From a virus (taxonomy: Duplodnaviria; Caudoviricetes): DNA of 31,637 bases. Below the pieces are notes generated by a model. The model was not told the DNA's origin and did no database searches. It was given only the letters and a program-made list of their open reading frames with translations. Positions 8,237-17,554 of this stretch are shown here, one piece after another; position 1 is the first letter of the stretch, and each line of letters begins with the position of its first letter. Made by a program: the position numbers and the translations under genes. The stretch spans positions 1 to 31,637 of IMG/VR virus record IMGVR_UViG_3300020044_002565. One strand, 5' to 3'.

Positions 8237-8390
8237 ATACTACGAATTAAAACAGACGACTTTAATGGAATTGGAAATTGAAGGTTTGATTGAAAAAATT
8301 AAAAAACTTGAAATTACAATAGGAATTAAAGAACAGGAAATAAAACAATTAAAAATGCGTATCTTAGCAATGGCAGACATTAACCAATAA
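8229..8390 (+). CDS. Small coiled-coil protein
   Basis: ATG at 8229 overlaps the previous stop. Heptad pattern. Confidence 0.65.
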   Translation: MPKYYELKQTTLMELEIEGLIEKIKKLEITIGIKEQEIKQLKMRILAMADINQ

Positions 8391-8393
8391 TAT

Positions 8394-8459
8394 TGTCCCC
8401 GTCCAATTCAACAATCATTTTTAAACAGGGGTGTTTAAGTTATGTCACGGGCGGGGATA
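8394..8459 (+). ncRNA. Intergenic structured RNA (candidate sRNA or processing element)
   Basis: 11-bp outer stem TGTCCCCGTCC/GGGCGGGGATA enclosing the hairpin TTAAACA-GGGG-TGTTTAA. Confidence 0.55.
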
Positions 8460-8477
8460 TTTTAAAAGCTTATAACA

Positions 8478-8837
8478 ATGATAACAAACTTTGAATTCCT
8501 GACAAAGGAAATGACCGACGAAGAAAAAAAGTTAGTGCCTATCCTAATAAAAGGATTTAACACGAAGACAAAAGACAACCCAATTAAAGCGCCTGAAATA
8601 GTACAGGCAATCAATGATAAACGCGAAAGTTTAGGTTTGAAATCTAATTTTTCAGAAGTTAGGTTGCGTAAAATTGTTAACTTTATACGTGCAGAAGGGA
8701 TTTTGCCGCTAATAGCTACGTCAAACGGTTACTATTGCAGCAAAGACAAAGAAGAAATTAAAAGTCAAATTGAAAGTTTAACACAACGCGCAGACGCAAT
8801 AATGTCAAGTGCTAACGGATTAAATAAATTTTTATGA
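8478..8837 (+). CDS. Putative winged-helix DNA-binding protein
   Basis: PIKAPEIV...SEVRLRKIVNFIR...LIATSNGYY pattern. Confidence 0.6.
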   Translation: MITNFEFLTKEMTDEEKKLVPILIKGFNTKTKDNPIKAPEIVQAINDKRESLGLKSNFSEVRLRKIVNFIRAEGILPLIATSNGYYCSKDKEEIKSQIESLTQRADAIMSSANGLNKFL

Positions 8838-8908
8838 TAACTGTTTTAATATCAATAACAAGTTGGGAATTGGCAAAATGGCTATTTTATAAAATTGCAA
8901 ATAAATAA
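8834..8908 (+). CDS. Possible 24-aa hydrophobic peptide
   Basis: ATGA overlap with the previous stop. MITVLISITSWELAKWLFYKIANK fills the gap exactly. Confidence 0.45.
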   Translation: MITVLISITSWELAKWLFYKIANK

Positions 8909-8911
8909 TAT

Positions 8912-9070
8912 ATGAATGAACTGAACGAACTTCGCGAATGGGTTTGGTCACAATGTTTGACAGGTCAACCTTTTTCCTGTGCAGACGTTATAAATAAGAT
9001 TGACGAAATGTTGGAATCTGACACAGATATTGAAGAACTTTTATTAACTTCGTTTTATGAAATGGAATAA
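8912..9070 (+). CDS. Hypothetical protein, 52 aa (not in ORF track)
   Basis: MNELNELREWVWSQC... fills the gap before 9057. Confidence 0.6.
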   Translation: MNELNELREWVWSQCLTGQPFSCADVINKIDEMLESDTDIEELLLTSFYEME

Positions 9071-9731
9071 TTTAACCCTTTGGCAGTACCAACAATTAAT
9101 GCCTATAATTACCAACCCGAATAAGGATTGGACGGAATTGGACAAAGAAGTAAAATTATTGTCCGTAATTACAGGATTGACAGAATATCAGATTGACAGT
9201 TTAACGATTGAAGATTTAAAAGAACTGCGCAAAGATTTAGCTTTTTTAGACGAACCAATTGAAGGGAAGCCGGTTGACTTTATTGTTATCAATGGCAGGC
9301 GTTACCGTATGAATTACGATATTAAAAATATGCCGGCGGCGCGTTACATTGAAAGCAAGGTTTTCAGCAAAGATACATTGGCAAACCTGCACAAAATAGC
9401 TGCGTCAATGGTTATTCCGCAAAAAAAGACTTGGTTTGGCAAATGGGTTGACGACAAATACGACGCGAGCAAACACGAAGATTATGCTGCGGATATGCAG
9501 GAAGCTAATTTTATACACGTTTATCATTCGTTGGTTTTTTTTTATCAAGTATACAGAAATTGGATAGAAGTTTCGCGGGATTATATGATTCGGGAAATGA
9601 CGACGACGGGAATGACGACAGAACAGGCGGCGGCGGTGGTTCAGCTTTTATGCGAATCTACGGGTGGCATTATACCGCCAAACTTGTTGCCGAACACCAA
9701 AATATCAGAACTTCAGAAGCTTTTGAAATAA
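9057..9731 (+). CDS. Putative tail assembly chaperone (0-frame product)
   Basis: Contains the slippery GTT TTT TTT TAT at 9534-9545 and an overlapping -1 ORF. Confidence 0.65.
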   Translation: MKWNNLTLWQYQQLMPIITNPNKDWTELDKEVKLLSVITGLTEYQIDSLTIEDLKELRKDLAFLDEPIEGKPVDFIVINGRRYRMNYDIKNMPAARYIESKVFSKDTLANLHKIAASMVIPQKKTWFGKWVDDKYDASKHEDYAADMQEANFIHVYHSLVFFYQVYRNWIEVSRDYMIREMTTTGMTTEQAAAVVQLLCESTGGIIPPNLLPNTKISELQKLLK

Positions 9732-9814
9732 AGACTTTGGAATTTTTGAATACAATGGCTTATATGAAAGCAAAGAATTCACACGACCGTGAAGAAATGA
9801 AGCGGTTAAAATAA
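9542..9814 (+). CDS. -1 frameshift extension of the tail assembly chaperone (gpGT-like)
   Basis: The -1 frame is open from the T9 run: ...FFLSSIQKLDRSFAGLY...YGWHY...KRLK. Confidence 0.7.
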   Translation, partial: LSSIQKLDRSFAGLYDSGNDDDGNDDRTGGGGGSAFMRIYGWHYTAKLVAEHQNIRTSEAFEIKTLEFLNTMAYMKAKNSHDREEMKRLK

Positions 9815-9850
9815 GGCAGTTGGTTTTTATTGTTATAAGCAAAAGGAAGA

Positions 9851-9876
9851 AGACCCCGTTTTTTAGCGGGGTTTTT
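9851..9876 (+). terminator. Rho-independent terminator
   Basis: AGACCCCGTT-loop-AGCGGGGTTT with T run. Confidence 0.85.
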
Positions 9877-9904
9877 CTATTGGCGGTATTTAGATTTATT
9901 TTGG

Positions 9905-9911
9905 CTATTTA
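9905..9911 (+). promoter_or_regulatory. Putative late promoter CTATTTA, 5 nt before ATG
   Basis: TTTTGGCTATTTA is shared exactly with 19316-19328 and follows a terminator. Confidence 0.65.
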
Positions 9912-9916
9912 TAGGT

Positions 9917-10645
9917 ATGAGTGAAGCAAAAGCACAGGCAGTCTTTTTAAGGGAAAAATATTTAAAAGAAATTGGCGACTATTATAATTTAATTGACCCG
10001 ACTGAATATCCTATTGCTGAACAAATGTTAATGTATTACGGGAAGGTTTTTAATGATACGGTTCAGGCTAACTTAGACAAAAGCGGTTCAATTGCTTCGG
10101 GTAAAATTGGGGATTTGGCAGTTCCAAAGGTTAAAAAGTTTGGGAATAACTATGAAATGCAGTTAGGATATGACCCAAAAAACCCTGCTTCGGTTTATTA
10201 TAGGTTCGTAAATAAGGGGGTTCGTGGTGCAGGCGGGGAAAATGCAAGACCTAAAAAAGTGTCTTCAGATTCGCCTTACCAATTTAAAACACAGTTCCCA
10301 AATGAAAAAATGGCTAAGTCTATTTTGGAATGGTATAAATTAGGCAAAGTAAAAGCACGTACAGATTCACAAAAAAAGAATCTAAGCGCAACACAGACAA
10401 AGAATAGAAGATTAAAACAAGTCGCAAGTAAGCCATTGACATTAATGCAGGTGGCATATAGAACGGCGGCGGCAATTAAAAGGGACGGTTTAAAGTCAAC
10501 TAAATTCTTTGATAATGCAATTAAAACTGTATTTAATAAAGATTTTTTTGAAACAATGGCTTCGGCTTTTGGCGGGGATATTCAATTACAAATTAGACAA
10601 ATTGGAAATAAAATAGAAGAAAGTAATGGCAATAACAGTAAATAG
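9917..10645 (+). CDS. Putative neck/tail completion protein (HK97 gp10-like)
   Basis: Basic protein with ASGKI, YYRFVNKGV and IKRDGLK.T.FF motifs. Confidence 0.55.
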   Translation: MSEAKAQAVFLREKYLKEIGDYYNLIDPTEYPIAEQMLMYYGKVFNDTVQANLDKSGSIASGKIGDLAVPKVKKFGNNYEMQLGYDPKNPASVYYRFVNKGVRGAGGENARPKKVSSDSPYQFKTQFPNEKMAKSILEWYKLGKVKARTDSQKKNLSATQTKNRRLKQVASKPLTLMQVAYRTAAAIKRDGLKSTKFFDNAIKTVFNKDFFETMASAFGGDIQLQIRQIGNKIEESNGNNSK

Positions 10646-11840
10646 TGTACCGGCTACATATCCAAGTATGCACGACGACCTTTGGTTTGTGGCTTCTTCA
10701 ACAAATGTTGGGGTTACAAACTTTAAATTCGTTTATGACGTTTATATTAACGGCACACAGGTAAGCAGAAACAAAGTATTCCCTGCGCCAAGTGCAGAAG
10801 GAAGTTATGGCGTATTTAACGCGTCGCCAATGGTGCGCGCATACGTGACGAACTATTTTGAACCGTCCGGAAATACGGTTTTAATGGCTTCAAATGACAA
10901 AATAAAGATTGATTATCAAGTACGTATTGGCGAAGAAGTAAGCGGAACTGTGACACCTAATTTGGCTTCAGGTTCTTATTCTGCGTATAACTATTACGCG
11001 CCATTATTCGGGGATATATTCACAGAAAACGGCGAAGTACCTTTGGTATTGTCTAATTATTACGACAATTTATTGATTGAAAACTATACGGACGATTGGT
11101 TAAGTGACCGCGACAATTCAGATATAACGATTGAATACGGCGACCAATTTTTTATTACTTTCTTAAAGATTACAGGCGGGACATATAAACTTTGGGTTCA
11201 GCCTACAAATGAAGACGGAAGTTTTGGAACTGCGGTTAGTGGGGGAATTACAATGACAGGTCAATTCAATTTATTTAATTTTCAGGCAGCGGCAATAAAC
11301 CAATGGGCAGGTTCTGAAATTATAACACAAAACACATACGGTTATAATGTTTATATTTCGCTTGGCGCAGCAACCACAAGGGTATTACGATTCAAACAAG
11401 TATGTAACCCTAAGTATAGACAGTATAACCTTCACTTTCTCAATAGACTTGGTGGATATGATACAATGGCATTCAGATTGGTCAACAAACGAAGAAGTGA
11501 ATTTCAACGTTCTTCATACAGACGTAACCCGTATCAATTATCAAATGGTACAATGACCAATATTGACACGTATAATAAATACAATGAAACAACTTATAAC
11601 TTCGCAATTCAACACACCGATTATTATATGTTGACTTCAGATTGGGTTAATGACCAAGATTACGCTTGGCTTGCTCAATTGATTGCGTCGCCTATTGTTT
11701 ATATGGAAGTTCAAGGTGCATTTTTCCCTGTGACAATTAGAAATACAAACTATCAATATAAATACAAGGTTGCGGACAGATTATTTAATTTTGATTTAGA
11801 AGTTGAAGTTGGAAAATATTTAAACAGTCAGTACAGATAA
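10626..11840 (+). CDS. Minor tail protein (tail tip/distal tail-like)
   Basis: Beta-rich, with FLNRLGGYD and LIASPIVY motifs, in the tail operon. Confidence 0.65.
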   Translation: MAITVNSVPATYPSMHDDLWFVASSTNVGVTNFKFVYDVYINGTQVSRNKVFPAPSAEGSYGVFNASPMVRAYVTNYFEPSGNTVLMASNDKIKIDYQVRIGEEVSGTVTPNLASGSYSAYNYYAPLFGDIFTENGEVPLVLSNYYDNLLIENYTDDWLSDRDNSDITIEYGDQFFITFLKITGGTYKLWVQPTNEDGSFGTAVSGGITMTGQFNLFNFQAAAINQWAGSEIITQNTYGYNVYISLGAATTRVLRFKQVCNPKYRQYNLHFLNRLGGYDTMAFRLVNKRRSEFQRSSYRRNPYQLSNGTMTNIDTYNKYNETTYNFAIQHTDYYMLTSDWVNDQDYAWLAQLIASPIVYMEVQGAFFPVTIRNTNYQYKYKVADRLFNFDLEVEVGKYLNSQYR

Positions 11841-13900
11841 TGATTAGAACCGAAATATACATTGAAGACCAATTGATTGACTTATTAAAAGACATTGGAA
11901 CTGACTTCACGTACACGATTGACGACGTGCGCGACTTCGGTTCAAGAAATACGTCTTTTAGTCGTACAATATCAATTCCTGCAACTGCACGAAATAATAA
12001 AATTTTGGGTTTTGCGTTTGAATTGGGAATGGCGCACGAACATAATATGGATTTACCTAACGTAAATACAAACTTTACACCGTCACAGGCGGCTAAGTGC
12101 GAAGTCTATATTGATAAAATACAGATATTTAAGGGCGTAATTAGAATACTTGAAATCATAACTAATAACGGTACAACAGAATATCAATGCGCCGTATTTG
12201 GGGAATTAGGCGGCTTTATTACTGAATTAGGAAATAAACGTTTGGAAGACTTGGATTTTAGCGAATATAACCACACTTGGAATGTAACGACAATACAAAA
12301 CAGTTGGAATACAATAAACGGTTCAGGTTATTATTATCCATTAGTTGATTATGGCGACGTTTCAACAAATAAAGACGATTTCCACGTTAGTACATTTAGA
12401 CCTGCATTATATGTAAAAGAATATATTCAGAAAATATTTGAAGGCACTTCTTATACTTTGAATTGTGACTTTTTTAATACTGATTTTTTTAAAAAGCTTA
12501 TAATTCCAAACAATAGTCAGGGAATTCAGGGTACAAATGACCGTTTTATTCTTGCAACTATTGACGCAACTAAAACAATATTAAACAGTAACACACCAAC
12601 CGCACGAAATATAAATGTACCTTTTGATTCTACGACTTTACTTAATTTTACGGAAAATGGAAGCAAGAGTATATTTACTTATACTGACGGTACAAAGACT
12701 GTGCGCGCGTTGGCTTCCATAACAGGAATTTATCAAACGGACGCTGCTTCGTCTATTACCGCAACTTTATATGTTGCAGGTATTGCAGTTCAAACATTGA
12801 CACAAAATACATTTTCAGCAAATAATCCTTATACATTCAACTTTGATTGGACAGGAAATATTGCTAATACTAATACAGTTTATATTAATGTAAGTGTACC
12901 GGCAACTGCCAATACTTATATTGTGTCAGTTTCAAGTGCAAACTTTACTTTTACGCAATTAGCTGCGCAATTAGCAACTGTTGCTTATAATGGTACGGTT
13001 TCAATGAATAATAATTTGCCAAAAGGTATATTTCAAAAAGACTTCTTTTTGTCTGTTTGTAAAATGTTTAATTTATACGTTTATCAGGATAACATAAACG
13101 AAAAACAAATTAACATTGCGCCTTTTATTGATTTCTATTCTGACGCCGTGACAAATTCATTGGATTGGTCGCAGAAAATTGATATGTCAGGGTCAATGTC
13201 AATTAAACCAATGTCACAGTTGAATGCCCGTTATTATGCGTATAAATATACGCCTGACACAGATTATTTTAATGATAATTATTTGAAAAAATACGGTCAA
13301 TCATACGGGGATTTTATTTATGATTCAGAATTTGATTTTGTAAAAGATACTGCTTCAACACAGATTATATTTGCGCCTTCAGCTTTGGTTTTACATTCAG
13401 GACAGGATAAATACCATACAAGTATTTACAAATTGTCTAATAATAATACACAGGAAGACCCAATGGATAGCGTTATTCGTGTTATAATGGCAAAGAAACT
13501 AACAGGTGTTTCTTCTTGGAAAATACAAAACGACGGTGGCGGTACATTGGCAAATATTACAAGTTATGGTTATGCGGGACACTTAGACGACCCAACGAAT
13601 CCAACTGTTGACTTGAATTTTGGCGCACCTAAGGAATTACAATTTCCTGCGTCAATTTACCCAACAAATAACTTATTTAACACATATCATAAACCGTACA
13701 TTTTAGAAATTACGGATATGGAATCTAAACTTTTAACGTGTCGCGTTTATTTGAATGCACTTGATATTTATAATTTAGATTTCAGCAAATATATTTGGAT
13801 AAATGGCGTATTATTTAGATTGAACAAAGTTGAATCATACGACCCGACGACATTTAATACAACACAAATTAATTTACTTAAAGTAATAAATACGAATTAA
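11840..13900 (+). CDS. Minor tail protein (hub-like)
   Basis: N-terminal SFSRTISIPAT..N and YYYPLVDYG. Adjacent to the tape measure gene. Confidence 0.65.
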   Translation: MIRTEIYIEDQLIDLLKDIGTDFTYTIDDVRDFGSRNTSFSRTISIPATARNNKILGFAFELGMAHEHNMDLPNVNTNFTPSQAAKCEVYIDKIQIFKGVIRILEIITNNGTTEYQCAVFGELGGFITELGNKRLEDLDFSEYNHTWNVTTIQNSWNTINGSGYYYPLVDYGDVSTNKDDFHVSTFRPALYVKEYIQKIFEGTSYTLNCDFFNTDFFKKLIIPNNSQGIQGTNDRFILATIDATKTILNSNTPTARNINVPFDSTTLLNFTENGSKSIFTYTDGTKTVRALASITGIYQTDAASSITATLYVAGIAVQTLTQNTFSANNPYTFNFDWTGNIANTNTVYINVSVPATANTYIVSVSSANFTFTQLAAQLATVAYNGTVSMNNNLPKGIFQKDFFLSVCKMFNLYVYQDNINEKQINIAPFIDFYSDAVTNSLDWSQKIDMSGSMSIKPMSQLNARYYAYKYTPDTDYFNDNYLKKYGQSYGDFIYDSEFDFVKDTASTQIIFAPSALVLHSGQDKYHTSIYKLSNNNTQEDPMDSVIRVIMAKKLTGVSSWKIQNDGGGTLANITSYGYAGHLDDPTNPTVDLNFGAPKELQFPASIYPTNNLFNTYHKPYILEITDMESKLLTCRVYLNALDIYNLDFSKYIWINGVLFRLNKVESYDPTTFNTTQINLLKVINTN

Positions 13901-16254
13901 TGGCAGATGAAATAATTGGTATAAAAATAACCACAGACGCCGCGCAGGCAACACAGGACGTACAGAAATTAGATAATGCTTTTGAAGCTACCGACCAAAC
14001 CGTTAAAGGTTTAAGAACACAATTAAAAGAAGCGGTTGCTAATGTTGCTTTAATGGCTGACAAATTTGGCGCGACTTCAAAAGAAGCTATTAATGCGGCT
14101 AAACGTGCGGCTGAATTAAAAGACAGAATTGGCGACGCAAAAGCATTGACTGACGCGTTTAATCCTGACGCAAAATTTAAAGCAGTTGCCGCTTCGTTAT
14201 CAGGTGTTGCCGGTGGATTTAGTGCGCTTCAGGGTGCAATGGCATTATTTGGCGCAGAAAATAAAGACGTTGAAAAAGCTTTATTAAAAGTAAATGCTGC
14301 AATGGCTTTGTCGCAAGGTTTACAGGCAGTCGGCGAAAGCATTGATTCATTCAGACAATTAGGCGCGGTTATTAAAAGTACAACAGTTTATCAAGAAGCT
14401 AATAATGCAGCAACAAAAACGGCTGCGGCAGTTCAACGTGCTTTTGGTATTGCAACTGTTGAAACAAGTACAGGATTCAAAGTTTTAAAAGGTGCTATTG
14501 TTGCGACAGGTATTGGCGCATTAGTTGTTTTATTGGGTGCAGTAATAAATAACTTTGACGCAATTTCAGATTGGATTAAAAAAAGTCCATTAGGTGCATT
14601 GGCGAAAGGTGTTGGAAGTTTAGTTGAAGGATTTACTGACCTTATTGGTGTAACAAGTGAAGCAGAACGTAATTTAGCTAAATTATCAGTTGCTAATAAA
14701 AGAGCAAATGAAGATATTGAAAACAGAATTAAAGTATTAAAAGCGCAAGGCGGTTCTGAAGAAGAAATATATAAATTAAGTCAACAAAGAGTTAATAACG
14801 AACTTAATACTTTACGTGAAAGTTTAAAAACAAAGGGGAAATTAACAGAAGACGAAGCTAAACAATTCAGGGACTTAAAAACTGAACAATTAGTTTTAAC
14901 AGGCGACTATCATAAAAAATCAGCTGAAGCAACTAAAAAAGCAGCTGAAGAAGCTAAGAAAAAGCAAGATGAAGTTAATAAACAAATTGTTGCAGATACA
15001 GATAAGGCAAATGATTTATTGCTTAAAATGCAAAATGAAAAAGCCATTGCTGAATTAAAAACACAGGAAGAAAAAGACCTTGCTTTATTAGCACAACAGG
15101 AAAAACAACAACTTGCAGAAGTAGACGCTTTAAAAGTAAATGAAGATTTAAAGGGTAAATTAAAGGCTGCTATTAAAGCAGATTACGACGCAAAAGAAAC
15201 TGAATTAAAAGATAAACAAGCCAAAGACAAAGCAGAAAAAGACGCTGAAGCTTTAAAAGCTGAACAGGATTTTAATAGTAAAGTTTCTGAAATAAAAGCA
15301 AATGCAATTAAAGACGATACTGAACGTGCAGAAGCGCAACGTTTGGCAAAACTTGAAAAAGATTTAAAAGACTTAGATTCTGACAAAGAATTTTTAAAGA
15401 AATCTTTGACTGAACAAGCTGAAATTAAGAAGGCAATAATTGACGCGTCTGAATTAGAAGGTCAAAAATCTAAAAATGATATTATTGCAAAAGGCTTGCA
15501 AGACGAAGTTGCATTATTACAAGCGCAACAAAAAGGATTAACTGAAGATTCGGCGGCATATTGGAAGAATGTAAATGAAATTGAAGATAAGTCTTATCAG
15601 GCTAAACTTATTGCTGCAAAAGGTAACGCAAAAGAAATTGAAAAAATTGAAAAAGAACACGCTGCAAATAAAGAAGAAATTGCAAAACTTGAAAAAGAAG
15701 CGCAATTAAAGATAATAAAGCAACGTATTAATGATATACAAACATTCGGAAGTAATTTACAAGTAATTGCAGGTAAAAATAAAAAATTAGCAATTGCGGG
15801 ATTATTGATTGAAAAAGCCGCAGCCGTTACAGACGTTGTTGTTAATACTGCAAAAGCTACAACAAAAGCAGTTGCTGCTTCGCCTTTAACATTAGGTTTG
15901 CCGTGGTCGGCTTTAATTGTGGCAAATGGTGTTTTACAGTCAGCTGCAATTATTAAGTCAGCGGTTGACGGTATTGCTGCAATTAATAGCGCGGGTAATT
16001 CTGCGGGAATTACTGAAAATTCTGAAATACCTTCAGGCGGTTCAGCACCTTCACTTTCAAGTCCTTCAGGTGGTGGCGGTGCAGTTCCCGATTTAGGTGG
16101 TGGCACTTCGCCGGATTTAGGCGGTGGTGGTGGCGGTGTAGGCGGCGGCGGTGGTGGTCAAACGCCAACAGTTCGTGCTTATGTTGTTGAACGTGATATT
16201 TCTGACGCACAAAGCCGTGACGCAGAAATTCAAAACCGCGCAAGATTCCAATAA
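13900..16254 (+). CDS. Tail tape measure protein
   Basis: Ala/Gly-rich helices, hydrophobic segments, long coiled coil, and C-terminal VRAYVVE.DI. Confidence 0.85.
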   Translation: MADEIIGIKITTDAAQATQDVQKLDNAFEATDQTVKGLRTQLKEAVANVALMADKFGATSKEAINAAKRAAELKDRIGDAKALTDAFNPDAKFKAVAASLSGVAGGFSALQGAMALFGAENKDVEKALLKVNAAMALSQGLQAVGESIDSFRQLGAVIKSTTVYQEANNAATKTAAAVQRAFGIATVETSTGFKVLKGAIVATGIGALVVLLGAVINNFDAISDWIKKSPLGALAKGVGSLVEGFTDLIGVTSEAERNLAKLSVANKRANEDIENRIKVLKAQGGSEEEIYKLSQQRVNNELNTLRESLKTKGKLTEDEAKQFRDLKTEQLVLTGDYHKKSAEATKKAAEEAKKKQDEVNKQIVADTDKANDLLLKMQNEKAIAELKTQEEKDLALLAQQEKQQLAEVDALKVNEDLKGKLKAAIKADYDAKETELKDKQAKDKAEKDAEALKAEQDFNSKVSEIKANAIKDDTERAEAQRLAKLEKDLKDLDSDKEFLKKSLTEQAEIKKAIIDASELEGQKSKNDIIAKGLQDEVALLQAQQKGLTEDSAAYWKNVNEIEDKSYQAKLIAAKGNAKEIEKIEKEHAANKEEIAKLEKEAQLKIIKQRINDIQTFGSNLQVIAGKNKKLAIAGLLIEKAAAVTDVVVNTAKATTKAVAASPLTLGLPWSALIVANGVLQSAAIIKSAVDGIAAINSAGNSAGITENSEIPSGGSAPSLSSPSGGGGAVPDLGGGTSPDLGGGGGGVGGGGGGQTPTVRAYVVERDISDAQSRDAEIQNRARFQ

Positions 16255-16276
16255 ACGATAAATATTAAAAATTAAA

Positions 16277-16283
16277 CTATTTA
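16277..16283 (+). promoter_or_regulatory. Putative late promoter CTATTTA, 5 nt before ATG 16289
   Basis: Same motif and spacing as 9905 and 19322. Confidence 0.6.
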
Positions 16284-16288
16284 TGATT

Positions 16289-16882
16289 ATGAATACTGAA
16301 TTACCAATATATATGTTGGATATAACAGAAGACATTGAAGACGATTCACAGGTTGACTTCATTGCTTTGGTTGACCGTCCGGCAATCCAAAAGAATTGGA
16401 ACGCATTTAATAAAACACAAAAATTTGAAATTGTTAACGAAGACCGTCGCATTATTTCAGGCGCTATTATGTTGGCTGACACGCCTATTTTTAGGAGTGA
16501 CAGCACTTACGGTGATTATTATGTGGCTTTTAGTGCAGACACTATTCTTAAAATTGTACAAAAGTTTTTCAAAAAAGGATTTCAAAGCAATGTGAATTTA
16601 ATGCACGATTCAAACGCACAATTTGAAGGCGTGACATTATTTGAAAGCTTTATTTCAGACCCTTCACGTGGAATTATGCCAATGAAAGGATTTGAAGACG
16701 CACCTGTTGGAAGTTGGTTTGGTTCAATGATTGTTGACAATAACGAAGCGTGGTCAAAGGTTAAAAACGGCGACATTGCAGGATTTAGCGTTGAAGGTTT
16801 ATTTAACTACAAACCAAAAGAAGTAAATAAAGTTGCTTCAATGGTTGACGAAATCAAAAAAATATTGTCACAGGTTAAGTGA
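16289..16882 (+). CDS. Prohead serine protease (XkdF-like)
   Basis: IALVDRPAI, NLMH, GSWFGS, GFSVEG. Upstream of scaffold and capsid. Confidence 0.85.
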   Translation: MNTELPIYMLDITEDIEDDSQVDFIALVDRPAIQKNWNAFNKTQKFEIVNEDRRIISGAIMLADTPIFRSDSTYGDYYVAFSADTILKIVQKFFKKGFQSNVNLMHDSNAQFEGVTLFESFISDPSRGIMPMKGFEDAPVGSWFGSMIVDNNEAWSKVKNGDIAGFSVEGLFNYKPKEVNKVASMVDEIKKILSQVK

Positions 16883-16919
16883 TAAACATTTTATTTTTTA
16901 ACTATATAATAAAAAAAGT

Positions 16920-17549
16920 ATGAACGCACAGGAAGCGATTTTAAAAATCAAAGCTTTGTTTGAAGAAAACAACGCTGCGCCTGTTGAAGAAGTGAAAGCT
17001 GAAGAAACACCAATTGTTGAAGAAACAAAGGTTGAAATGGCTGAATATTCTTTAATGGACGGAACTAAGGTTGATATTACTGCCTTAGAAATTGGCGGTT
17101 CTGTAACTATGCCGGACGGTACACCTGCACCTGCGGGCGAACACCAATTAGCAGACGGAACTATGATTCAATTGGATGAAAACGGTATTATCATTGAAAT
17201 TTCTGCAAAAGAAGAAGATGTAACATCGGAAGAAGAAGCTGCACCAATGCCTGAAGATATGGGCAAAGAAGCAGACAAAAAAATGCAAGAAATGGCTGAA
17301 GCATTTGAAGCACAAATTGCTGAATTAAAAGCAGCAAAAGAAGTTTCAGACGCTAAGGTTTTGGATTTAGAAAATAAGGTTAAGCAAGGATTTGCACAGG
17401 TAGCTGAATTAATAGAAGCACTTTCAATTACACCAAGCGCAGACCCAATTTCAAAACCAAATTCTTTTAATTCATTTATAAAAACAAATGATATTAAAGA
17501 AGAAAGACTTGCAAAATATAGAAACGCAATTTTAAACACTAAAAATTAA
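16920..17549 (+). CDS. Capsid scaffolding protein (putative)
   Basis: Acidic, with APAGEHQLADG and a coiled coil, between protease and capsid. Confidence 0.7.
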   Translation: MNAQEAILKIKALFEENNAAPVEEVKAEETPIVEETKVEMAEYSLMDGTKVDITALEIGGSVTMPDGTPAPAGEHQLADGTMIQLDENGIIIEISAKEEDVTSEEEAAPMPEDMGKEADKKMQEMAEAFEAQIAELKAAKEVSDAKVLDLENKVKQGFAQVAELIEALSITPSADPISKPNSFNSFIKTNDIKEERLAKYRNAILNTKN

Positions 17550-17554
17550 TAACA

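Noticed and set aside
16030-16160. GGC/GGT repeats at the end of the tape measure gene
   Set aside because: They simply encode a Gly/Ser/Pro linker.
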